This document shows positions 1-10,628 of a stretch of DNA of 56,839 bases, one piece after another. Within the stretch, counting starts at the first letter, position 1. Each line of letters opens with the position of its first letter. The notes under the pieces are model-generated. The model was not told the origin of the DNA and searched no databases. It saw only the letters and a program-made list of their open reading frames with translations. Position numbers and translations under genes: made by a program. Origin of the DNA: Patescibacteria group bacterium (GTDB taxonomy: Bacteria > Patescibacteriota > Kazan-3B-28 > UBA10110); NCBI GenBank assembly GCA_016936175.1, contig JAFGPN010000018.1:1-56839 (forward strand), given 5' to 3'.

Positions 1-163
1 GAGAGGCGGAAAGGTGGTTTTGTTAGATGAAGAACGAGGGCGACTGGGCGTCCTTTTGGTGCTACCATTTTGGACGAGCAAAATGGTGGCAAAAAAGAAT
101 ATTAGGTTAGGCAAGATTCCTGCCTTCGCAGGAATGACAAGTTGGTGTTCAGTGGACAGAGTA

Positions 164-736
164 TTACAATACTTTGTCGATGATGCCGTAGTCTTTGGCC
201 TCCTTGGCTTCCATAAAGAAATCTCGATCGGTATCTTTTTCGATCTTTTCCAACTTTTGTCCAGTGTGTTTGGCTAACAATTCGTTTAGTTTACCCTTCC
301 ACTTTAAAATTTCTTTGGCATGAATCTCGATATCGCTCGCTTGCCCCTGGGCTCCACCCAATACCTGGTGAATCATTACCCGCGAATTTGGCAAAGCGTA
401 ACGTTTGCCCTTGGCACCACCAGCAAGTAGCACAGCGCCCATCGAAGCCGCCATCCCCACACAGATAGTAGAAACATCCGGTTTGATGTGCTGCATCGTA
501 TCGTAGATTGCCATCCCATCGCTAACCGAACCACCGGGACTATTGATATAAAGTGAGATATCTTTTTTAGGATCCTCGTTGGCCAAAAATAATAGCTGGG
601 CAATAATTGCGTTAGATAGGTTATCGTCAATCGGCCCACCCAAAAAAACGACTCGATCCTTTAGCAACCTGGAGTAAATATCATAAGCTCGCTCACCGGA
701 CACGGATTTGTCAATCACCATCGGAATTAAGTTCAT
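164..736 (-). CDS. clpP: ATP-dependent Clp protease proteolytic subunit
   Basis: [24 protein letters not shown] (catalytic Ser), MIHQ motifs; follows tig. Confidence 0.98.
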   Translation of the reverse strand: MNLIPMVIDKSVSGERAYDIYSRLLKDRVVFLGGPIDDNLSNAIIAQLLFLANEDPKKDISLYINSPGGSVSDGMAIYDTMQHIKPDVSTICVGMAASMGAVLLAGGAKGKRYALPNSRVMIHQVLGGAQGQASDIEIHAKEILKWKGKLNELLAKHTGQKLEKIEKDTDRDFFMEAKEAKDYGIIDKVL

Positions 737-776
737 AGCATAAAGATTAATGAGTACACTTCGCTCTCATTATACC

Positions 777-2060
777 TTATTCGCCAACGGCTAATTTACG
801 CAAAGCTTCGACCGCCTTTTGGCCAGACAACAGATGAGCTAAACGTCGTTTTTCGATATCGCTTTTGTACTTCTCCGTAATCTTATCTGCTTCGGCCGGA
901 TAAACGGTTTTTAATCTGGCAATCTCGGATTCTACCTCTTCGTTCGTAGCCACGATTCCCTCGCGCTTCTTGAATTCGTTTAAGGCTAACCCCGCTATTA
1001 CCCGCTTTTTGGCCTGTTCTTTCCACTCCTCACGCATCTTTTCTTCTGTCAGTTTGGCTCGCTCCATGTAATCCTTTACGTTCATACCTTGATGCGACAG
1101 CTGATGCTCAAAATCATGCATCATGGCATCTAACTCTTGTTCCACTAATGCTGTGGGGATATCGGTGCGAGATATTTTAATTAACTGCTCAATCGCCTCG
1201 GAACTCTGCCGATCTCGCTCTTTCTGCTCGGCATTCTCTAATAAAACTTTCTTAATATCCTCTTTTAGCTCCTGTAAACTTTTCTTGTCGCTGATCTTTT
1301 TTGCAAATTCATCATCAACAGCAGGTAACAAGACTTCTTTTACCTTATGCAATTTGGCGGTGAACTCCGTCTTTTTGCCAGCTAAATTGGATTGATGATA
1401 ACCTTCCGGAAAATTAACTGGAAAAGCTTTTTCGTCGCCCGCCTTCATCCCCACCAAGGCCTCTTCAAAATCCGGCAACAGTACACCATCACCAATAACT
1501 AACGGATGATTGGTGCCCTTACCTCCATCGAATGGCACGCCGTCAAGCTTTCCTTCAAAATCTATCTCGACCCAATCGCCTTTCTTGGCCTCGCCTTCAA
1601 TCTCCTTAAAGCTTACCTCGCGTCGCTGTAGATTCTTGAGCACATCATTAATCTGCTCATCCTTAACCTCAACCAACTCTTTTTTAACCTTAATCTTTTT
1701 ATAATCACCTAACTCGAGCTCCGGCATCACCGTAATCTCGGCCGTAAACTTGAGTGGTTTATCTATCCCCACTTCATCCACGGCAATCTTCGGCGGGCCA
1801 ATTGGAGCCACTTCTTCTTTTATTACAGCCTGGTAGTAGTACTGATTAATCGCTGATTCTGAGGCCTCGCTTAAGATACGAGTCTCGCCCACTTGAGCGG
1901 CCACTCTGTCCATCGGAGCCTTGCCCTTGCGAAATCCTTTAATCTCTACCCCTTCAGCTATCTTAGTCGAAGCATTTTTTAGCGCCTCCGACCACTCAGT
2001 TTGATCCAAGGCAATATTTAGCGTAACGACTGATTTATCCTGTTTTTTTGTAATCTGCAT
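777..2060 (-). CDS. tig: Trigger factor
   Basis: GFRKGKAP ribosome-binding signature, FKBP domain, tig-clpP synteny. Confidence 0.97.
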   Translation of the reverse strand: MQITKKQDKSVVTLNIALDQTEWSEALKNASTKIAEGVEIKGFRKGKAPMDRVAAQVGETRILSEASESAINQYYYQAVIKEEVAPIGPPKIAVDEVGIDKPLKFTAEITVMPELELGDYKKIKVKKELVEVKDEQINDVLKNLQRREVSFKEIEGEAKKGDWVEIDFEGKLDGVPFDGGKGTNHPLVIGDGVLLPDFEEALVGMKAGDEKAFPVNFPEGYHQSNLAGKKTEFTAKLHKVKEVLLPAVDDEFAKKISDKKSLQELKEDIKKVLLENAEQKERDRQSSEAIEQLIKISRTDIPTALVEQELDAMMHDFEHQLSHQGMNVKDYMERAKLTEEKMREEWKEQAKKRVIAGLALNEFKKREGIVATNEEVESEIARLKTVYPAEADKITEKYKSDIEKRRLAHLLSGQKAVEALRKLAVGE

Positions 2061-2096
2061 ATATCAAAAATTACTGACTAGAACCATTATATTTTA

Positions 2097-2158
2097 CCCC
2101 GTATCACCATAGCGTAGAAATCGCGGCTTAGCAATTTTCGTTCTGGTTGATATCGGGG
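2097..2158. repeat. CCCCG...CGGGG short inverted-repeat element (MITE-like), copy 1
   Basis: ccccgtatca...tgatatcgggg hairpin; similar to 19698-19757 and 43071-43132. Confidence 0.75.
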
Positions 2159-2186
2159 CCGGCCCCAAACCGCTTAAATCGTCAAA

Positions 2187-2426
2187 CTACTTGATTAGGG
2201 CTAACTTTTTGGCTCGAGGTAGTTTTTTGATGTGCACCTCCTCTTTAGCGGCATTCGAACGATTCCGAAAATTCCTCGAGAAAACTAATTTTGCCGGCCC
2301 CCTTCCCCTCATATACTTAGCCCCAACAGTCGACGCATTGTGTTCATTAATCCGACGTTCGATATCAGTAGTAATACCTGTATAGAGCGTTCCGTCTTTG
2401 CACTGAAGAATGTATAACCGATACAT
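2187..2426 (-). CDS. Stand-alone GIY-YIG nuclease (UPF0213-like)
   Basis: YILQCKDGTLYTGITTDIERRINEHN; likely ATG at 2426 overlapping the upstream stop (TAATG). Confidence 0.9.
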   Translation of the reverse strand: MYRLYILQCKDGTLYTGITTDIERRINEHNASTVGAKYMRGRGPAKLVFSRNFRNRSNAAKEEVHIKKLPRAKKLALIK

Positions 2427-2779
2427 TATTGTTGACTGGGTCCCGTCCCCCATGGCATCTCAGTACTGGGCAAGACGACATTAATCGCACCACCGGTTGA
2501 GGGAGAAGTCTGATCACTATTGCCCGTTTCCCACGGCACCAGATCAGGCGGCAAAGTAATTGGTAGCGGCAGGGAAACCGAATTGGTTTTAACTGATGGG
2601 GTGTTGCCCAAAATTAGATCTGGTTGTTCTTCGGCAATATCTTTTTCTTCCACATCAACTGTTACTCCGGCATCTTGCTCTTCATTGTACGAGTTAGATA
2701 GCATAGCCAACCCCACTCCGGCACCAATAGCCACCACCCCCACCACAATCGCAACCCAATACTTTAAAATCCACTGCAT
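2426..2779 (-). CDS. Hypothetical membrane-anchored protein
   Basis: N-terminal TM helix, acidic/Pro-rich tail, operon packing. Confidence 0.75.
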   Translation of the reverse strand: MQWILKYWVAIVVGVVAIGAGVGLAMLSNSYNEEQDAGVTVDVEEKDIAEEQPDLILGNTPSVKTNSVSLPLPITLPPDLVPWETGNSDQTSPSTGGAINVVLPSTEMPWGTGPSQQ

Positions 2780-2783
2780 AGTT

Positions 2784-3218
2784 TTATTGTTTGCTTAAGT
2801 ATTCTTCTATTAGTTTGACATCAGCTTTATCCTTGGGCCGGTTAAAATTTCGTTTCCACTCCAGCACATATGCCAGTTTGGCAAACGGAATGCCCTCGAA
2901 CATGTCGGGATCGTTCATAATTTCCTCTCGAGTCCGCTCGATATTAAACCGCCGACCCAGCTCGATATTCCCAATCTGCAACTGTTCTTGGTGCACGTGA
3001 ACGCTTTGGCCATCCGCATCAGTCATATCAAAATTTTTCACAATCGGCTGATGGCCGTCCGCCACTAATTGGTCCCATAACCAATCAGTAATCAGCAAAT
3101 CTAAATCACCACAGTCGCGAATCCCCCGAATGCCCATCGGTCCACTGCCAAACACCACATACTCCCCTTCGGGTAACTGCAATTGTCTCAACTCTGCCAA
3201 TAATTTTTTCATTACCAA
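2784..3218 (-). CDS. Putative nucleotidyltransferase-fold protein
   Basis: FGSG...DLDLL motif and C-terminal RPKDKAD. Confidence 0.65.
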   Translation of the reverse strand: MVMKKLLAELRQLQLPEGEYVVFGSGPMGIRGIRDCGDLDLLITDWLWDQLVADGHQPIVKNFDMTDADGQSVHVHQEQLQIGNIELGRRFNIERTREEIMNDPDMFEGIPFAKLAYVLEWKRNFNRPKDKADVKLIEEYLSKQ

Positions 3219-3226
3219 CCTTGGTA

Positions 3227-5758
3227 TTAGGTACTGATCGAGAGCTTGGCTTCGGCAGTAGAGTTGTCGGTTTTGGTTAACCGAACCTTTACCTCATGCG
3301 AACTGCCATCTAACTTGGGCGGGGTAAGCATATATCTAAACGGTTGGGCACTGGCCTGACCCATCAACGTTCCATCATAGAAAAACTCCACTTTTTTAGC
3401 TGTCATTGGATCCCCAACTTGAGCCTCTACTTCAAATGGGCCAGTTACTTTGAATCCTTCTGAAGGATTAGTAATGGTAATGCTGGGGACTGCGCTACCA
3501 TCCAATGGGCCAGTATAAATCTCTGTAGGGATATTATTGTAACCGTTATCTTTAGCCCACTTGATTACTGGGTCCTCCCAATTTCGATTATCCGGTCGCT
3601 CAGAATGTAGTACTGTAAATACTTTTTCTTCTACTAAATCTATCGGGGCATTAGCCGGAGCCAACTTATCCGGGGCGATTTTCATTACCTTAACCTTTTT
3701 GTGAACGTTGTCTGTTTCGGTCGGTACATTATTCGGCGCAAATATCTCTTTTTTAGTGGACGGGGTGTCACCGCTCGGCAATAAGCCAGATAGCTCGTCT
3801 ACATCAATCTCTCTAATCCCTGACGGCATAATAAATGGTTTGTCCGGAATATTTGCCAAGGCTTTACGCATATATGTGTTCCAAATCGGAGCCGCCACTA
3901 ACCCGGAGGCGGCAGTCATCGATTCGTTATCGTTGTTGCCCGACCACACCCCCGCTACCAAATCTGGTGTATAACCAATCGTCCAACCGTCGCGAAATTT
4001 ATCCGTCGTACCGGTTTTAGCCGCCACCGTTCGACCACTGATCGAAAGCGGCCCACCAACTCCGAATACCGCCCCGCGCGCTTGATCATCACTTAGCACA
4101 TCATTAATCTGGTAGGCTATTTCAGAATCGATAACTCGTTTTGGCGAGCTGGCTTTGTTCTCTTCCAACACCCGCCCTCTGGCATCCTCTACTTTAATTA
4201 CCGACCAAGGCTTTGCCCGAAGCCCTCCAGTAGCAAACACGCCGTATGCCGATACCATATCCAACAAAGTAATCTCACCACCACCCAAGACTAACGAGGC
4301 ACCGTATCGCTCTGGTTCGTTTAATGTGGTAATACCCAAACGATGCGCCATATCAACCGAGTTATTTACCCCGGCATAAAGTAATGTCTTAACCGCTGGC
4401 ACGTTGATAGAATTCTGCAGAGCAGTTCGAATAGACATCGCGCCTCTAAATTTTCCGTCGTAGTTATTGGGCGAATAACCCTGGCCAAAATCGGTTTTGA
4501 CATCAATTAACATGGTAGCCGGGCTATAGCCTTTCTCAAACGCCGCCGCATAAACAAGCGGCTTAATCGAAGAACCCGGTTGCCGTTCGGCGATAGTTAC
4601 ATTAAAGTTGCCATCTTCCTCCAGATCAAAATAGTCTTTAGACCCAACCATGGCCAGAATCTCGCCGGTATTTGGATCGATCGATACCATCGCCGCATTG
4701 CCAGCGTTGTATTTAGCCTTATTACCCTCGGCGTATTTGGTAATCGCCTCTTCTGCCGCCGCCTGTTTCTCCCAATCTAAAGTTGTAGTAATGGTTAGCC
4801 CCCCTTCTTCCAACATCTTTTCGCCGTATTTGGCCGCCAACAACTCTTTGACATACATCACAAAATGAGGAGCCCGTATACTATCTTTGCGTGGAGAAAA
4901 AGCAATCTCTTGCTTCTGAGCCTCAGCCATCTGTTTTTCGGTAATATAACCCAGCTCGAACATCCGTTTAAGTGTCCAATCTTTTCGCGCCATTAAATCG
5001 TCTGAGTGCTGACCATAAGGCGAATAGTAAGTCGGAGACTGCGGCAGGGCGGCCAATATCGCTGTCTCTGCCAAACTTAGATCCTGTGGTTTTTTGGCAA
5101 AAAATGTCTCCGAGGCAGACAAAATCCCATAAACCTTTCCACCATAAGGAATTTCGTTTAAATACATCTCCAAAATCTTATCCTTGGCATACAATCGTTC
5201 AATCTCCATCGCCAAGATCAGCTCCTGGATCTTACGGCTAACGGTCCGACGGGAAGATAAGAACATATTTTTTGCTAACTGTTGAGTGATAGTGGAACCA
5301 CCCTGAAATCCCTGGCCCGTTAACGGCTTTAACACCACTCCACGCAGAATACCCTTCATATCAAAACCGTTGTGGGCATAGAAATTACTATCCTCGGCGG
5401 CGATGGTGGCCTTTTGCAGTTGGTCTGGAATATCCGCCAAAGGGATACTGTTTCTCCGTTTCTCGCCATAAATATCCAAGAGCACTATCCCGTTACGATC
5501 CAATACCTTAGTGGCTTCGGTCGGCCTGGCCCCTACCAAATTGGTCGGGTTAGGCAAGGTGATGCTTAAAACCGCCGCCCAAAAGGAAAATACAAACAAC
5601 AATGCTATTCCAATCCCCAGAACCAACCGCGAGATATTGGTAATACCAAATCTGCCTAACCGCTTAAAGATCTGGGTTTTGCCTTTACGTAGGATGGCTC
5701 GCCGACGCATTCGCCGCCTTAGGTTTTCCGGGTTGTTTATCGGGATTAAATCACTCAT
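3227..5758 (-). CDS. Class A penicillin-binding protein (transglycosylase/transpeptidase) with C-terminal Ig-like domain
   Basis: EDSNFYAH, GGSTITQQLAKN, GSSIKP (SxxK), SIN, KTGT motifs. Confidence 0.95.
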   Translation of the reverse strand: MSDLIPINNPENLRRRMRRRAILRKGKTQIFKRLGRFGITNISRLVLGIGIALLFVFSFWAAVLSITLPNPTNLVGARPTEATKVLDRNGIVLLDIYGEKRRNSIPLADIPDQLQKATIAAEDSNFYAHNGFDMKGILRGVVLKPLTGQGFQGGSTITQQLAKNMFLSSRRTVSRKIQELILAMEIERLYAKDKILEMYLNEIPYGGKVYGILSASETFFAKKPQDLSLAETAILAALPQSPTYYSPYGQHSDDLMARKDWTLKRMFELGYITEKQMAEAQKQEIAFSPRKDSIRAPHFVMYVKELLAAKYGEKMLEEGGLTITTTLDWEKQAAAEEAITKYAEGNKAKYNAGNAAMVSIDPNTGEILAMVGSKDYFDLEEDGNFNVTIAERQPGSSIKPLVYAAAFEKGYSPATMLIDVKTDFGQGYSPNNYDGKFRGAMSIRTALQNSINVPAVKTLLYAGVNNSVDMAHRLGITTLNEPERYGASLVLGGGEITLLDMVSAYGVFATGGLRAKPWSVIKVEDARGRVLEENKASSPKRVIDSEIAYQINDVLSDDQARGAVFGVGGPLSISGRTVAAKTGTTDKFRDGWTIGYTPDLVAGVWSGNNDNESMTAASGLVAAPIWNTYMRKALANIPDKPFIMPSGIREIDVDELSGLLPSGDTPSTKKEIFAPNNVPTETDNVHKKVKVMKIAPDKLAPANAPIDLVEEKVFTVLHSERPDNRNWEDPVIKWAKDNGYNNIPTEIYTGPLDGSAVPSITITNPSEGFKVTGPFEVEAQVGDPMTAKKVEFFYDGTLMGQASAQPFRYMLTPPKLDGSSHEVKVRLTKTDNSTAEAKLSIST

Positions 5759-5811
5759 ATACTTACGTATTATAACCCATACCAGCCGGCTATATCTGTT
5801 ACAATAAATTC

Positions 5812-7038
5812 ATGAGGAAACCAAATAAATCAGAACTGGACGAGCTGTTCAACCGCCGCGTCGAGAGCGTTGTTGGCGAAAAAGAGCTACGCGCCAAGCT
5901 GATATCCGGTAAAAAATTGTTAATTAAGCATGGGGTAGATCCGACCACCGCCCTGCTTCATATCGGCCACGCCACCGCCTATCACAAAATGCGCGAATTT
6001 CAGAACTTAGGACACACCGTTCAGTTTTTGGTTGGCGGCTTTACTGCCCGATTTGGTGATCCGACCGACCGAAGCCACTCACGCCAACTGCAATCAAAAG
6101 CCGAAGTGATGAAACTGGCTAAGCAATATCTTAATCAGGCCCTCAAGATATTGGATCCCAAAAAAACCGAGATTCGTTACAACTCGGAGTGGTACGACAA
6201 ACTATCGGCCGAAAGCCTGATTGAACTGATGTCACACTTTACCCATCAACAGATGATTGAACGCGATATGTTCCAAAAAAGATTAAAGGCCAAGCTTGAA
6301 ATTCGTTTTCACGAGCCAGTTTATCCACTGTTACAGGCCTACGACTCCGTGGTGCTTAAGGATGATCTAACAGTAATTGGCACCGATCAATTATTTAACG
6401 AAATGCGCGGCCGAGACCTCCAGCGCGACTTTGGGCAAGAGCCCCAGGCTATTATTACTGTCCCGCTATTAGTTGGCACCGATGGGAAAAATAAGATGAG
6501 CAAAACACTGGGAAACGCTATCAACATATTGGATGAGCCAAAAGCTCAATACGGTAAGATCATGTCCGTCCCGGATACGTTGATATATACCTATTTTGAT
6601 TTGGCCACCAACATTAATTCTGCTGAATTGGGTCGGATTAAAAAACAGTTAGCTGATAAACACACCAACCCGAGAGACCTCAAAATGGAGTTGGCTCATA
6701 AGATTGTCAGTATGTACCACGGCGGTTTAGCGGCCGACAAAGCTCAGGATGATTTTGTAAAGGTCTTCCAAAAACATAGTGTGCCCAGTAACATTCCTGC
6801 CGTATCCATTAAAAAACCGACCCCTCTGATCGATATCTTGCTGGAAAACGGTCTAGTTACTTCAAAATCCGAGTTCCGGAGACTGTTGGATCAAAAAGGG
6901 GTGAAGGTAGACGGTCACGTGGTCACGGATTTGGGGTACGAACTGCGACCCCCGACCGAGCCTCGAGATAGCGGGCAACTCAAAACCAGCGCCACCATCC
7001 AAGTAGGTAAGCGCCGCTTCCTCCAAATAAAGCCCTGA
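5812..7038 (+). CDS. tyrS: Tyrosine--tRNA ligase
   Basis: DPT..LHIGH, YPLLQAYD, GTDQ, KMSKT, C-terminal S4 domain. Confidence 0.96.
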   Translation: MRKPNKSELDELFNRRVESVVGEKELRAKLISGKKLLIKHGVDPTTALLHIGHATAYHKMREFQNLGHTVQFLVGGFTARFGDPTDRSHSRQLQSKAEVMKLAKQYLNQALKILDPKKTEIRYNSEWYDKLSAESLIELMSHFTHQQMIERDMFQKRLKAKLEIRFHEPVYPLLQAYDSVVLKDDLTVIGTDQLFNEMRGRDLQRDFGQEPQAIITVPLLVGTDGKNKMSKTLGNAINILDEPKAQYGKIMSVPDTLIYTYFDLATNINSAELGRIKKQLADKHTNPRDLKMELAHKIVSMYHGGLAADKAQDDFVKVFQKHSVPSNIPAVSIKKPTPLIDILLENGLVTSKSEFRRLLDQKGVKVDGHVVTDLGYELRPPTEPRDSGQLKTSATIQVGKRRFLQIKP

Positions 7039-7039
7039 C

Positions 7040-7204
7040 TTATGCCCCGAACAGACTCTGGAACACGGTCCGGACACTGCGTGACACGCCTAACTGATTC
7101 TTCGCCCTCCGTCTGGTCTGCCATTGACGGGTTTTGGGCAACCGAGCCCTCCGATCTCGATCAAAAACGATACCTTCAAAGCTGATAATGGGCTCTCTCT
7201 TCAT
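7040..7204 (-). CDS. Small basic hypothetical protein (54 aa, below ORF-track cutoff)
   Basis: MKREPIISFEGIVFDRDRRARLPKTRQWQTRRRAKNQLGVSRSVRTVFQSLFGA; GAGGAG SD; TTGCTC-17-TATAAT upstream (7283-7255). Confidence 0.6.
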   Translation of the reverse strand: MKREPIISFEGIVFDRDRRARLPKTRQWQTRRRAKNQLGVSRSVRTVFQSLFGA

Positions 7205-7313
7205 CGAGGTCTCCTCGTTAGGGCTATAACCACCCCCCTTCCAACTATCAATCTATTATACTACATTTTTCAGGTTTGAGCAAGCACTTTTTAGCTCCCA
7301 GAGCCAAAAAACC

Positions 7314-9362
7314 GTGTTTTTTCTCCTAAGCGACCCCCTAACCCACCTCCCCGGTATAGGCCCCTCCCTGAGCTCTAAGCTGTCCCAGATGGGCCTAAAA
7401 ACCGTGGGAGACCTCCTAACCTACTACCCCAGACGATGGGAGGATTTGAGCCAGATCACCCCCTTAAATGGGGTAGAGGCCGCCCTGGGTAGGGCCACCG
7501 TCAGGGCCAGGCTTCTCAGCTTCAGTAGCTTTCGGACCCCTCGGCGGCGGATGTTCTTGATCAACGGTCTGCTTGAGGACGAGACCGGAGCCTTAAGGGT
7601 GGTGTGGTTTAACCAGCCCTACCTGACCCAAAGTCTCAAAAAGGGAGCCGAATACTACCTAAGCGGCCCAATCAGAGAGCGAGATGGACATTTGGTCCTA
7701 ACCAACCCCAGCATCGAACCGGCTGAAAAAACCCCTGTCCATTCGGGCCGAATCATCCCCATCTATCCGGCCACCGCTGGCATCTCAACTCGGATGCTCC
7801 GGCGCTGGTTAAAAAACTTAATCGCCACTATCCGAGAGCTACCCGATACTCTGCCCGAAGACATCAGAAAAAACTATCGTCTAATCGACCGGGCTCACGC
7901 AATCGAAAACATCCACTTCCCCCACTCCCTTTCCGCCATCGGGGAGGCTCGCCGTCGACTTGGCTTCGAAGAGCTACTGCTGGTCCACCTTGGGTTGCTT
8001 ATCGCTAAACAGCAGTGGGAGAAACTGCCCACCAAAGCCATCCCCCACTCACCCGACCTCATCAAAGATTTTGAAGCCCAGTTAGGCTTTAAACTAACCC
8101 CTACTCAAAAAACATCGATCAAAGAGATTTTGAGTGATATCGCCAAAAGCATACCGATGAATCGACTACTGTTAGGCGATGTCGGTTCTGGCAAGACCGC
8201 AGTCGCGGCGGCCGCGCTAGTAGCCACAGCCAAGGCCGGTCGACAATCGGCGCTAATGGCACCAACCGAAGTACTGGCTACTCAACACTATTACAACCTC
8301 CAGCCATTGCTGGCCAAATTCGGAGTGAGCACCACTCTTCTAACTGGTAGCACTAAGCTACACGATTACTCGGAGATCGAAAACGGAGATGTCGATGTGG
8401 TAATCGGCACCCATGCCCTAATCCAAAAACAAGTTGGGTTTAAAAATCTTAATCTGGTGATCGTGGATGAACAGCATCGTTTTGGCGTTCGTCAACGCGA
8501 AAAGCTCAAAAATAAAGCACTAGATATTACGCCTCACTATCTAAGTTTAAGCGCCACCCCCATTCCCCGCACCTTATTTTTGGGTCTACTGCACAACCTG
8601 GAGATTTCCGAGCTAACTAGCATTCCAACCGGACGACTACCAATCATTACTCGATTAGTCACCGAACAAAATCGAGCAACGGCTTGCAAACTGATTGAAC
8701 GCGAGATAAAAGATGGTCATGCGATATTTGTGATTACCCCACTAATTGACGAAGTGCTGAATGATGAGCAAGAACGCGCCTCTATTGCTTCTGAGCTTAA
8801 GAGCTTAAAGCGGTCATTCCCCAAAGCTCGCATTGGTTCCCTCCACGGTCGAGTGGCCTCCGAAGAAAAATTAGAATTGATGACCAAGATTAAAAACGGC
8901 GACCTCGATATTTTGGTGGCCACCTCTGTGATAGAGGTCGGCATCGACGTGCCGCGGGCAACCATTATCTGGATCAAGAACGCAGATAGATTCGGACTGG
9001 CTCAGCTTCATCAGCTCCGGGGCCGAGTGGGACGCAGTAGCCTGCAATCGTACTGCCTAATCGAAACTAATTCTGCTGAACAGCAGAACGAAGAAGATAT
9101 CAACCGATTAACCTCCTTTGTAAAGATTAACGACGGCAGTAAATTAGCCGAGATCGATCTCAAATTAAGAGGTCCCGGAGCTTTTTTTGGCAGCAATCAG
9201 TCCGGCTTACTCCATCTAAAGATCGCCAATTTAACCGATAAGAAACTAATTACCGAAACCAGGACAGCGGCAGAAGCTATGCTTAAAACCGACCCCACTC
9301 TAACGCATCACCCAGAACTAAAAGCTCGGCTTAGTTTTAACTACGTCACCCACGAAGAATAA
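7314..9362 (+). CDS. recG: ATP-dependent DNA helicase RecG
   Basis: GDVGSGKT, DEQHRFG, SATPIPR, QLHQLRGRVGR. Confidence 0.97.
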   Translation: MFFLLSDPLTHLPGIGPSLSSKLSQMGLKTVGDLLTYYPRRWEDLSQITPLNGVEAALGRATVRARLLSFSSFRTPRRRMFLINGLLEDETGALRVVWFNQPYLTQSLKKGAEYYLSGPIRERDGHLVLTNPSIEPAEKTPVHSGRIIPIYPATAGISTRMLRRWLKNLIATIRELPDTLPEDIRKNYRLIDRAHAIENIHFPHSLSAIGEARRRLGFEELLLVHLGLLIAKQQWEKLPTKAIPHSPDLIKDFEAQLGFKLTPTQKTSIKEILSDIAKSIPMNRLLLGDVGSGKTAVAAAALVATAKAGRQSALMAPTEVLATQHYYNLQPLLAKFGVSTTLLTGSTKLHDYSEIENGDVDVVIGTHALIQKQVGFKNLNLVIVDEQHRFGVRQREKLKNKALDITPHYLSLSATPIPRTLFLGLLHNLEISELTSIPTGRLPIITRLVTEQNRATACKLIEREIKDGHAIFVITPLIDEVLNDEQERASIASELKSLKRSFPKARIGSLHGRVASEEKLELMTKIKNGDLDILVATSVIEVGIDVPRATIIWIKNADRFGLAQLHQLRGRVGRSSLQSYCLIETNSAEQQNEEDINRLTSFVKINDGSKLAEIDLKLRGPGAFFGSNQSGLLHLKIANLTDKKLITETRTAAEAMLKTDPTLTHHPELKARLSFNYVTHEE

Positions 9363-9377
9363 TTATTCGCACCCAAA

Positions 9378-9497
9378 ATGACTAATGACAAATGCCTAAT
9401 TACTAAATAATTTCCAAATCCCAATATCCAATTTTATAAATTAACTATCGCTGTAATTGGACATTGGTCATTAATTAGACATTAGAAATTAGAAATT
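9378..9497. repeat. Degenerate 7-mer tandem repeats arranged as an inverted pair
   Basis: aatgact/aatgaca/aatgcct/aattact... then attggac/attggtc/attagac/attagaa. Confidence 0.7.
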
Positions 9498-10055
9498 ATG
9501 AAGATGGTAAAACTACTCGATAAATTAGCTCTGCCCATTGGCATCGTTCTATTAATTAGCCTGTTAGCGGGAGCGTATTTCTTGAATCGCACCTCAGCCG
9601 ATGCTAAGGTACCAGAAAACCAGCAATTGATGGTGGACGTGGCTGGCGCTGTAAATAATCCCGGGGTCTACCAGTTTGATAACGGTGCCATCATCGAGGA
9701 TGCCATTATAAAAGCTGGTGGGCTAACCGAAGACGCCGACCTGTCGTTAATCGCATTAACTATTAATCGGGCCGCCCTTCTAACCAATAACGGTAAGGTC
9801 TACCTTCCCATAATCGGAGCAAAGGATACGTCGGGTTCAACCACCAGTAGCGCTAATCCGACAAAATTGGTTAATATCAATACGGCGGACGCTAACACCT
9901 TGGATACCCTGCCGGGTATCGGACCGGTATACGCTGGACGCATCATCGACTACCGTCAGCAACACGGCAATTTCCAGCGCAAAGAGGACCTGCAAAAGGT
10001 ATCCGGTATTAGTGCCTCGACCTATAATAATATTAAGGATAAAATTACCATCTAG
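9498..10055 (+). CDS. comEA: Competence DNA-binding protein ComEA
   Basis: TM, SLBB domain (VAGAVNNPGVY), HhH (VNINTA...LPGIGP). Confidence 0.92.
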   Translation: MKMVKLLDKLALPIGIVLLISLLAGAYFLNRTSADAKVPENQQLMVDVAGAVNNPGVYQFDNGAIIEDAIIKAGGLTEDADLSLIALTINRAALLTNNGKVYLPIIGAKDTSGSTTSSANPTKLVNINTADANTLDTLPGIGPVYAGRIIDYRQQHGNFQRKEDLQKVSGISASTYNNIKDKITI

Positions 10056-10082
10056 CCACCCGAGAGCATAAACCCACCAGCC

Positions 10083-10595
10083 ATGAAAAGGATTATGATC
10101 TTTGGTAATTCTGCGGCAGGCAAAAGTACTTTTGCCCCCAAGCTGGGAGCGAAGCTAGGGTTACCGGTTATTCATGTGGACGTCATCCAGCGACAATGTG
10201 GGCGCAATAACCATAAATTGATCCGAGACCGGCTCTGCGCCATAGCCGACCAAGATAGTTGGATCATAGAGGGAAATGCTTTTAGAAAAGAGCCCGATCA
10301 TCGTATCAGGCGAGCCGATTTAATAATCGTCTTTGATAATCACCCCCTTAAGTCCATGGTTCGCCACGTGGCCCGTTACTGGCGAATCAGGTCTGGTAAA
10401 GAGATGCCAGCCGGCGGCCTAACCTCCAGGTTAGAACTCATTGATTTTTATAATATGATCTTCATCAGGTATCCTAGATTGAAAAGACGCGCCATCGCCT
10501 TGGCCAAAGACCTGAACAAAGAAATAGTGATAGTGCATAATTTCAAGGAGGCTTATCTATATTTAGAGGGGTTGACTAAAACAGTATCTATCTAG
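10083..10595 (+). CDS. P-loop nucleotide-kinase-like protein (FlaR/adenylate kinase-related)
   Basis: RIMIFGNSAAGKST, WIIEGN, RADLII. Confidence 0.8.
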   Translation: MKRIMIFGNSAAGKSTFAPKLGAKLGLPVIHVDVIQRQCGRNNHKLIRDRLCAIADQDSWIIEGNAFRKEPDHRIRRADLIIVFDNHPLKSMVRHVARYWRIRSGKEMPAGGLTSRLELIDFYNMIFIRYPRLKRRAIALAKDLNKEIVIVHNFKEAYLYLEGLTKTVSI

Positions 10596-10628
10596 CTTTA
10601 AAAAAATTACGATATACTTCTGTTGGCA

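Noticed and set aside
14-277. ORF overlapping the clpP 3' end
   Set aside because: Translated repeat DNA plus antisense clpP
6947-6990. Apparent extra peptide near the TyrS C-terminus (PPTEPRDSGQLKTS)
   Set aside because: Could be a repeat-derived insertion, but I could not match it to another copy in the window
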